Assembly (NCBI GenBank): GCA_965657845.1 | Contig: CBFHPU010000005.1 | Location: 11,818 to 75,817 of the forward strand | From: Pontimonas sp. | GTDB lineage: Bacteria > Actinomycetota > Actinomycetes > Actinomycetales > Microbacteriaceae | Reading direction: 5' to 3' | Length of the DNA: 64,000 bases | Shown: positions 57,745 to 64,000 of the stretch, piece by piece | Position numbering within the stretch: position 1 is the first letter of the stretch | Layout: each line of letters starts with the position of its first letter | Program-made: the position numbers and the translations under genes | The notes under the pieces: generated by a model | What the model was told of the DNA's origin: nothing | Seen by the model: only the letters and a program-made list of their open reading frames with translations | Database searches by the model: none

Positions 57745-58466
57745 CGGCCCCTCCCCGGCTCGGTCCCCTGGGGTTCATAGATCGTCTCCGGTGGTGTTTC
57801 GCCCCGCAGGGAGGCCACCAGATCTTGGATGGCGTGCATGAGGGCGTCGGTGGCCTCATCGAGTAGTTCCCGGGTGATGGGACGGCCCTGAAAGGCCTCA
57901 AGGTTCATCGCCTCACCCACCACAACGGTGATCCGGGGCCGAGGAATAACGGAAAGGGATTTTCCATAACGGGCCATCAGGTCTTGGGTGCCCCAGTGGG
58001 CTGCCGGGTAAAGGGGTATTCCCGATTCGAGGGCCATTCGAATCGCCCCCGTTTTTCCCTTCATGGGCCACAAATCGGGTTGCCTGGTCAGGGTCCCCTC
58101 GGGGTACACAATCAAGCCCTGGTCTTGGCTGATCAGTTGATTGGCCGCACGCAGGGCACCACCGGTGGAACTGGCGCCGCGCTCTACCGGAATTTGCCCT
58201 GTCGCTCGAAGCAGAAAACCGACAACGGGAATCTTAAACAGCGAGGCTTTGGCTAAAAACCGCGGGGTGCGCCCCAATCGCCACACGGCAACCCCCATCA
58301 CGATGGGGTCAATTTCGCTGTGGTGGTTGGGCGCAACAATAAAAGGCCCGGTGCGGGGAAGGCTGGAGTCTTTCGTCACCCGGAGGGTCACAAAAGCGGT
58401 AAACAGCGGGAGGATGAGGACTTCGATGAGTCGCCACCAGAAGCCGGGGCCACGCTGTGATGCCAC
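57741..58466 (-). CDS. plsC: 1-acyl-sn-glycerol-3-phosphate acyltransferase
   Basis: The HX4D motif is NHHSEIDP, with the YPEGT block downstream. It overlaps gpsA by 4 nt. Confidence 0.85.
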   Translation of the reverse strand: MASQRGPGFWWRLIEVLILPLFTAFVTLRVTKDSSLPRTGPFIVAPNHHSEIDPIVMGVAVWRLGRTPRFLAKASLFKIPVVGFLLRATGQIPVERGASSTGGALRAANQLISQDQGLIVYPEGTLTRQPDLWPMKGKTGAIRMALESGIPLYPAAHWGTQDLMARYGKSLSVIPRPRITVVVGEAMNLEAFQGRPITRELLDEATDALMHAIQDLVASLRGETPPETIYEPQGTEPGRGR

Positions 58467-58470
58467 CGGG

Positions 58471-59841
58471 TTAACCCCTCAGCTCGAACGAAGCTCCCAG
58501 CCCTTCGAGCTTTTCCCACAAGTGTTCGTAGCCGCGCGAAATGATGCCGACGTTACTGACCACTGATTCACCTTCTGCGGTCACCGCAGCGATGATGTGA
58601 CTAAATCCACCGCGGAGGTCGGGCACCCGAATGTTCGCGCCGTGGAGCGGAGTCGGCCCGGTAATGACCGCCGCTTGTTCGAGCGGCCGGCGGGGAACCC
58701 GCCGGGTGATACTCGCAATGCCTTCCTTGTGCACCTCAATGCGTGCACCCATATCCACCAGCGCTTCAGTGAAGCCGAAGCGCTTCTCGTAGACGGTTTC
58801 GTGCACGATCGATTGACCCTGTGCTTGGGTGAGCGCGACGACCATGGGTTGTTGCCAGTCGGTCATGAAACCCGGGTGCACGTCGGTTTCCACCACCACC
58901 GGGTGGAGCTCACCTCCGGGGTGTCGAAATTCGATGCCCTCTGGTTTGACCGTGAACTCGCCACCGACTTTGCGGTACACATTCAAAAAGGTCATGAGGT
59001 CGAGCTGTTCGGCGCCGCGCACAAAAATGGTGCCCTTCGTGGCTAATGCGGCGGCAGCCCAACTGGCTGCTTCGTTTCGATCAAAGATTGCTTTGTGCTC
59101 GTAGGGGCCTAGGGAATCGACACCCTCGATGAGGATGGTTCGGTTGGTTTCCACCGAAATGATGGCACCCATTTTTTGCAGCACCTGAATCAGGTCCATG
59201 ATTTCTGGTTCCACTGCGGCGTTAATCAGTTCGGTGACGCCTTTGGCCCGCACTGCGGTGAGCAGCACCTGTTCGGTGGCTCCCACACTGGGGTAGGGCA
59301 GTTCTACTTTCGCCCCGGTGAGGCGCTTGGGCGCTCGAAGGGCGATGCCATCGGGAGACTTTTCGACTTCTGCACCGAATGCGCGAAGCGCATCGAGGTG
59401 GAAATTGATGGGACGATCCCCAATGTGGCAACCGCCGAGGTCCGGCACGAACGCTTCACCCAGTTGGTGAAGCAGTGGTCCACAAAACAAAATCGGGATG
59501 CGACTAGAGCCCGCGTGGGCATCAATTTCGGCAAAGTGCGCCGATTTGACCCCTCTGGGGTCGAGCGTCAGCTCACCCGGAGCAGTGTCGGTGACGCTGA
59601 CGGCGTGGGCTTCAAGAAGTCCCCTCACCACGGCGACGTCGCGAATGACGGGAACGTTGGAGAGGACGCTGGGTTCGTCGGCGAGCAGTGCCGCGACCAT
59701 GGCTTTGGTGACAAGGTTTTTCGCCCCGCGAACACCCACTTCGCCGATGAGGGGTTTGCCGCCGTGAACGGCGACGACATCGGCTTGTTCGGGTGAGACC
59801 GCAGCCGGAGTCGTCGTCGGGGTTGCCGACACCGGGTTCAC
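58471..59841 (-). CDS. murA: UDP-N-acetylglucosamine 1-carboxyvinyltransferase
   Basis: Supporting blocks are GAKNLVTKAMVAALLA, the active-site loop LGGCHIGDRPINFH and the C-terminal FEKLEGLGA-like end. Confidence 0.95.
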   Translation of the reverse strand: MNPVSATPTTTPAAVSPEQADVVAVHGGKPLIGEVGVRGAKNLVTKAMVAALLADEPSVLSNVPVIRDVAVVRGLLEAHAVSVTDTAPGELTLDPRGVKSAHFAEIDAHAGSSRIPILFCGPLLHQLGEAFVPDLGGCHIGDRPINFHLDALRAFGAEVEKSPDGIALRAPKRLTGAKVELPYPSVGATEQVLLTAVRAKGVTELINAAVEPEIMDLIQVLQKMGAIISVETNRTILIEGVDSLGPYEHKAIFDRNEAASWAAAALATKGTIFVRGAEQLDLMTFLNVYRKVGGEFTVKPEGIEFRHPGGELHPVVVETDVHPGFMTDWQQPMVVALTQAQGQSIVHETVYEKRFGFTEALVDMGARIEVHKEGIASITRRVPRRPLEQAAVITGPTPLHGANIRVPDLRGGFSHIIAAVTAEGESVVSNVGIISRGYEHLWEKLEGLGASFELRG

Positions 59842-60444
59842 TCAACCCCCCAGTACGGGAAGTGTTCGAGGGCGCCACGACGCTCTCGTGGTTTCGAAGG
59901 CGTCAATTGCGTCTTCGTGGCGAAGGGTGAGACCAATGTCATCAAGTCCTTCCATCAGTCGCCAGCGGGTGTAGTCGTCGATTTCAAACGGTGCCGTTAT
60001 CGCTCCACACCGTACCTCACGGCTGGCCACATCCACGGCTACCTCTTGGCCCGGGTGTGCCTCAAGTTCAGCCCAAATGGCTTCCACAATCTCTTGGGGC
60101 ACGGTCGCGACCACAAGACCCTGTTTTCCGGCGTTACCGCGGAAGATGTCGCCAAAGCGTGAAGAGATGACGGCGCCAAAACCAAAATCGCGCAGCGCCC
60201 ACACGGCGTGCTCTCTGGATGAGCCGGTACCAAAATCCGGTCCAGCCACTAACACTCGAGCCTTGTCGTAGGGCGGGTTGTTCAGGATGAACTCGGGGTC
60301 TTGACGCCACTCATAAAACAACGCGTCGTCGTAGCCGGTTTTGGTGATGCGCTTCAGAAACTTTGCGGGAATGATTTGGTCGGTATCCACGGTGGAGCGT
60401 CGAAGGGGGGCACCCACTCCTTCGACCAGGCTGACGGTGTCCAT
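59842..60444 (-). CDS. leuD: 3-isopropylmalate dehydratase small subunit
   Basis: Supporting blocks are [29 protein letters not shown] and FGDIFRGN. Confidence 0.95.
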   Translation of the reverse strand: MDTVSLVEGVGAPLRRSTVDTDQIIPAKFLKRITKTGYDDALFYEWRQDPEFILNNPPYDKARVLVAGPDFGTGSSREHAVWALRDFGFGAVISSRFGDIFRGNAGKQGLVVATVPQEIVEAIWAELEAHPGQEVAVDVASREVRCGAITAPFEIDDYTRWRLMEGLDDIGLTLRHEDAIDAFETTRASWRPRTLPVLGG

Positions 60445-61928
60445 TAGGCGACCACCTCGGCAATCGAATAGGAGGGAATGTCGATTCCCAGGTCGGAGGG
60501 ACTAGACAGTGTTCCCCGAATCGCTGTGGCAGCGGCCACCAGGGGGGAGACCAGGTGGGTTCTCGCCCCGCGACCTTGGCGACCTTCAAAGTTTCGGTTG
60601 GACGTGCTCGCGGCACGCTCACCGGGTTGTAACTGGTCGGGGTTCATCCCCAAACACATGGAGCAGCCGGCGAAGCGCCATTCGGCGCCAAACTCTTCAA
60701 TGACTTTGTGGAGGCCTTCGGCTTCTGCTTCAAGCCGGACCCTGGCAGAACCCGGGACGACCATGACGCGAACGCCGTCCGCTTTTTTCTGACCTTTGAT
60801 GATGGAGGCGAAAGCACGTAGGTCGTCCAGGCGTGAGTTTGTGCACGAGCCCATGAAGACCACATCGACGGGAATATCTTTCATCCGGGTTCCCGGTTCA
60901 AGCTCCATGTAGTCAAGGGCGCGCTCAGCCGCGTGGCGATCCACCTCGTTGGTGAACGACGAGGGTTCTGGCACCGACTCATTCAGTGGAACACCTTGAC
61001 CGGGGTTTGTCCCCCAGGTCACAAAAGGCTCCAACGTGTTGGCGTCGAGGAATACTTCCGCGTCAAACACTGCATCGTCATCGGTGCGCAGCGTTTTCCA
61101 GTACTCCACTGCGTCGTCCCAATCAGCACCCTGGGGGGCGTGGGGGCGATTCTTCAAATACGCAAAAGTGGTCTCGTCGGGGGCGACCATTCCCGCTCGG
61201 GCACCGGCTTCAATGGACATGTTGCAAATGGTCATCCGACCATCCATCGACAGCGACCGGATGGCACTGCCGCGGTATTCGATGACATAGCCCTGGGCAC
61301 CCTGGGTGCCGATTTGGGCAATGACGGCCAAAATGATGTCTTTTGCAGTCACACCGGGGCGAAGCGAACCTTCCACCGTGACCGCCATGGTTCTAAAGGG
61401 CGCCAGCGGCAGGGTTTGGGTGGCCAACACGTGTTCGACTTCGCTGGTGCCAATACCAAACGCCATCGCCCCGAACGCACCGTGGGTGGAGGTGTGTGAA
61501 TCACCGCACACCACGGTGATTCCCGGCATGGTGAGGCCCAGTTGTGGACCCACGACGTGCACGATGCCCTGTTCGGCATCACCGAGAGAGTGCAGGCGAA
61601 TACCAAACTCTTCGGCGTTGGTGCGAAGTGCTGCCACCTGTTGCCTCGAGTTGGGCTCAGCGATGGGCTTATCGATGTCGATCGTGGGGGTGTTGTGGTC
61701 TTCGGTCGCAATGGTGAGGTCTGGTCGACGCACAGGGCGACCTGCTTGACGCAGGCCATCAAAAGCCTGCGGACTGGTCACTTCGTGCACGAGGTGGAGG
61801 TCAACGTAGAGAAGGTCAGGCTCGCCGTTTTCACCTTTTTTGACAAGGTGGTCAGCCCACACTTTTTCAGCCAAGGTCGATGCAGCGGGGCGTGATTGCG
61901 CTGTGCTCGATTGAGTGTCTGCCGCCAT
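60444..61928 (-). CDS. leuC: 3-isopropylmalate dehydratase large subunit
   Basis: Supporting blocks are [35 protein letters not shown] and NRNFEGRQG. The start is set at ATG 61928, preceded by GGGAGGG. The track ORF has 22 additional codons. Confidence 0.95.
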   Translation of the reverse strand: MAADTQSSTAQSRPAASTLAEKVWADHLVKKGENGEPDLLYVDLHLVHEVTSPQAFDGLRQAGRPVRRPDLTIATEDHNTPTIDIDKPIAEPNSRQQVAALRTNAEEFGIRLHSLGDAEQGIVHVVGPQLGLTMPGITVVCGDSHTSTHGAFGAMAFGIGTSEVEHVLATQTLPLAPFRTMAVTVEGSLRPGVTAKDIILAVIAQIGTQGAQGYVIEYRGSAIRSLSMDGRMTICNMSIEAGARAGMVAPDETTFAYLKNRPHAPQGADWDDAVEYWKTLRTDDDAVFDAEVFLDANTLEPFVTWGTNPGQGVPLNESVPEPSSFTNEVDRHAAERALDYMELEPGTRMKDIPVDVVFMGSCTNSRLDDLRAFASIIKGQKKADGVRVMVVPGSARVRLEAEAEGLHKVIEEFGAEWRFAGCSMCLGMNPDQLQPGERAASTSNRNFEGRQGRGARTHLVSPLVAAATAIRGTLSSPSDLGIDIPSYSIAEVVA

Positions 61929-62061
61929 GATCCCTCCCTTTCTCCTCTCGTTCCCGCAGGTCAGTGGCCAACTCGACGTCACCACTGTGACCACTAACTC
62001 GTCACTGTTGTCCCTGCCGGGGTCGCCGCATTCCCACGCGGCGTATCGGCCAGTTTAGCGC

Positions 62062-63102
62062 TTAGTTCTTGGCGTCACTCTGGTCGACGTGTTCTGGTTT
62101 CGGCAGGACGATCGCGCCAGTGTCGACGTCTTTTTTCAGTTTCACCAGACTGGCGACCACGGCAATGGTCATTGCCACAACGATGACAATCAGTGACTCC
62201 CAGGTGCCGATCACGGGCACCCACTCGACGTGCTCGCCACCGTTGATGAAGGGCAGTTCGTTGGTGTGGAGGGCGTGGAAGACCAACTTCACTCCAATGA
62301 AGCCGAGGATGAAGGCGATCCCGATGTGCAGGTAGACCAATTTGTCGATGAGGTCACCGAGGAGGAAATAGAGCTGGCGAAGCCCCATCAGGGCGAACAC
62401 GTTGGCGGTGAACACGATGAACGGGCTTTCGGTGATGCCGTAAATGGCGGGAATGGAATCTACGGCGAAGACGACATCGGCGGTGCCGATGGCGATGAGG
62501 ACGACGAGAATCGGCGTCCAACGCTTTTTCCCCTCTTCGACAATCCGAAACTTCATCCCGTCGTAGGTGTTGGTCATGTCGATGCGGGTGCGAAGGAAAC
62601 GGATGACCGCATTTTCCCTTTGCACGTCATCTTCACGCCCACTGGAGAGTTGTTGAATGGCCACCACCAGCAAAAAAGCTCCGAAGACGTAGAAAATCCA
62701 ACTGAAGCTGGCAATGAGGGCCGCCCCCAGCAGGATAAAAATGCCCCTAAAGACGATGGCCAACAAAATTCCCACCATCAACACTTCTTGCTGATAGCGC
62801 TTAGGAACAGAAAACGACGCCATGATCAGCACAAACACAAACAGGTTGTCCACCGACAGGCTGTATTCGGTGACCCAACCGGCCAAAAACTCTGAACCGT
62901 ATTGTTCACCGGAGAAAATAAACATCGCCCAGGCGAACACCAACGCCAACGCCACGTAGAAACCGACCCACAGGGCTGACTCCTTTGTGGAGGGGACGTG
63001 GGGCTTCCACACCACACGTAGCAAATCGACAAGCAAAATCAGGCTCAGCACGATCAGCGAGCCCACTTCAAACCACAACGGGATAGACAGTTCCACACTC
63101 AC
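62062..63102 (-). CDS. TerC-family integral membrane protein (putative Mn/metal exporter)
   Basis: The polytopic protein has EYSLSVDNLFVF and FAVDSIPAI blocks typical of TerC. It starts at a GTG and is preceded by a yybP-ykoY-like leader. Confidence 0.9.
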   Translation of the reverse strand: MSVELSIPLWFEVGSLIVLSLILLVDLLRVVWKPHVPSTKESALWVGFYVALALVFAWAMFIFSGEQYGSEFLAGWVTEYSLSVDNLFVFVLIMASFSVPKRYQQEVLMVGILLAIVFRGIFILLGAALIASFSWIFYVFGAFLLVVAIQQLSSGREDDVQRENAVIRFLRTRIDMTNTYDGMKFRIVEEGKKRWTPILVVLIAIGTADVVFAVDSIPAIYGITESPFIVFTANVFALMGLRQLYFLLGDLIDKLVYLHIGIAFILGFIGVKLVFHALHTNELPFINGGEHVEWVPVIGTWESLIVIVVAMTIAVVASLVKLKKDVDTGAIVLPKPEHVDQSDAKN

Positions 63103-63124
63103 ACCTTTGTTCCATCGGACAGGA

Positions 63125-63235
63125 CGGTGTTCGAACGTCTCTCCCCAGATGTCACCATCTGCTACCGGCCGGGATGATGAACGTCATCCGAGTTGACGAC
63201 AGGCAGAGTCGGGATACTCCCCTAAGAACGCCACC
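63125..63235 (-). promoter_or_regulatory. yybP-ykoY (manganese) riboswitch-like leader of the TerC gene
   Basis: The minus-strand sequence reads UUAGGGGAGUAUCCCGAC...GUCAAC...CUGGGGAGAGACGUUCG. The two hallmark conserved segments of the yybP-ykoY motif (GGGGAGUA and GGAGAGAC) are in the correct order and spacing, upstream of a gene class known to carry this riboswitch. The boundaries are approximate. Confidence 0.7.
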
Positions 63236-63286
63236 AGCATAACCCCGTGCCCGAGGGGGCCTGCACCGAAGTGGTGAATCTAGACG

Positions 63287-63362
63287 TGGTGACCCCAGCG
63301 GGATTCGAACCCGCGTTACCGCCGTGAGAGGGCGGCGTACTAGGCCGCTATACGATGGGGCC
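63287..63362 (-). tRNA. tRNA-Glu (anticodon CUC), CCA encoded
   Basis: The 76-nt sequence folds as a cloverleaf by hand. The acceptor pairs GGCCCCA with UGGGGUC. The anticodon stem pairs CCGCC with GGCGG, and the loop is CU-CUC-AC. The T arm is GCGGG-UUCGAAU-CCCGC. The discriminator is A, followed by CCA. Confidence 0.93.
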
Positions 63363-63451
63363 GCGCCGTAGACAGTCGATTATCGCACGAAAACGCCAGC
63401 ACACAAACCCTGCCACCGAAGCCGGTGGCACAGAGCCAGTAACCTGAAGTC

Positions 63452-64000
63452 GTGGCCAACGTGGTGATCGCCCCCGATTCTTTTAAGGGCTCACGCTCGG
63501 CAATAAAAGTCGCTGAAGCAATCGCCACAGGGTGGCGCACGATTCGCCCCAGCGACCACCTCAGTGTCTTACCGATGGCCGACGGCGGCGAGGGCACATT
63601 AGATGCCATCGCGTATGCCACCCCGCAGGCCACCTGGCACCACGACACCGTCACCGGGCCAGAAGGCTCCCCCGTCAAGGCGTCCTGGTTGATGCTGCCC
63701 GACCAGACCGCCGTGCTTGAGCTGGCGCAAACCTCTGGGCTGCCCCTGATGAGTGCGCCTGATCCTCTTGGTGCCACCACAAGAGGCCTGGGGGAACTCA
63801 TCGCCATCGCGTTAAACCGCGGTGCAACGGGGGTGATGATCGGATTGGGAGGCTCTGCCACCACCGATGCAGGCTTAGGGGCACTGGAAGCCTTAGGGGC
63901 CACGCTCTCCAGAAGCGACGCTCACCCCACGGGGGCAATCGGTGTGACTGGGGTGGATACCAGCGGCCTCCACCAGCCGCCCGTGAGGGGAATCACTCTG
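63452..64000 (+). CDS. Glycerate kinase. N-terminal part only; it runs off the window end.
   Basis: My own translation from GTG 63452 gives VANVVIAPDSFKGSRSAIKVAEAIATGW...LPMADGGEGTLDAI...GATTRGLGELI...IGLGGSATTDAG. The frame is open to nt 64000. It is absent from the track because no stop lies in the window. Confidence 0.85.
   Translation, partial: MANVVIAPDSFKGSRSAIKVAEAIATGWRTIRPSDHLSVLPMADGGEGTLDAIAYATPQATWHHDTVTGPEGSPVKASWLMLPDQTAVLELAQTSGLPLMSAPDPLGATTRGLGELIAIALNRGATGVMIGLGGSATTDAGLGALEALGATLSRSDAHPTGAIGVTGVDTSGLHQPPVRGITL

Noticed and set aside
61929-62061. A possible leucine leader peptide or attenuator upstream of leuC
   Set aside because: I found no short ORF with a run of Leu codons and no terminator/antiterminator pair. 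Only a weak 5-bp dyad (GTCAC-agtg-GTGAC) is present.
63340-63903. A 187-aa minus-strand ORF
   Set aside because: It is antisense to a plus-strand reading frame with clear glycerate kinase motifs (VVIAPDSFKGS, ADGGEGT). Its 3-prime end also runs into the tRNA-Glu gene. It is a shadow ORF.

Overview
This window is a densely packed core-genome segment from a high-GC actinobacterium. The gene order, a short FtsY that begins at the NG domain, DUF2469 and DUF3515 suggest a Micrococcales or Microbacteriaceae-like streamlined genome. About 85 percent of the genes are on the minus strand. Running from high to low coordinates the minus strand carries, in order:
- TerC behind a manganese riboswitch
- leuCD-murA-plsC-gpsA, an alpha/beta hydrolase, a membrane MurF-like ligase and ddl
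- thiL, recG and coaD
- yceD-rpmF-rnc-mutM, smc, ftsY and ffh
- rpsP-KH-rimM-trmD
- rplS-lepB-rnhB-DUF2469-dprA, a metallophosphoesterase and xerC
- rpsB-tsf-pyrH-frr-cdsA
- a DivIVA and cell-wall gene group
- the cysteine desulfurase gene and mnmA, dxr, a site-2 protease gene, ispG and proS
- nusA-ylxR-infB-rbfA
- a nucleoside phosphorylase, an SDR protein and an SNF2 helicase

One tRNA-Glu(CUC) and one yybP-ykoY-type riboswitch are recognisable. I see no rRNA, CRISPR array, transposase, prophage or obvious defence island.

This looks like ordinary housekeeping sequence, and I do not see a clearly novel multi-gene system. The most unusual element is a MurF-type ligase whose N-terminal substrate-binding domain is replaced by a polytopic membrane domain. 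It is inserted with a hydrolase between gpsA and a somewhat divergent ddl.

Secondary oddities:
- a 603-codon ORF with an internal lipoprotein signal
- an in-frame 12-bp x5 tandem repeat at the M23 peptidase/xerC junction
- a small transmembrane ORF just upstream of ftsY
- charged low-complexity tails on S2, S16 and RimM
- several locus-level gene absences (rimP, yraN-comM, amtB-glnB-glnD)

All calls rest on motif and synteny recognition by eye. No alignments or searches were run.
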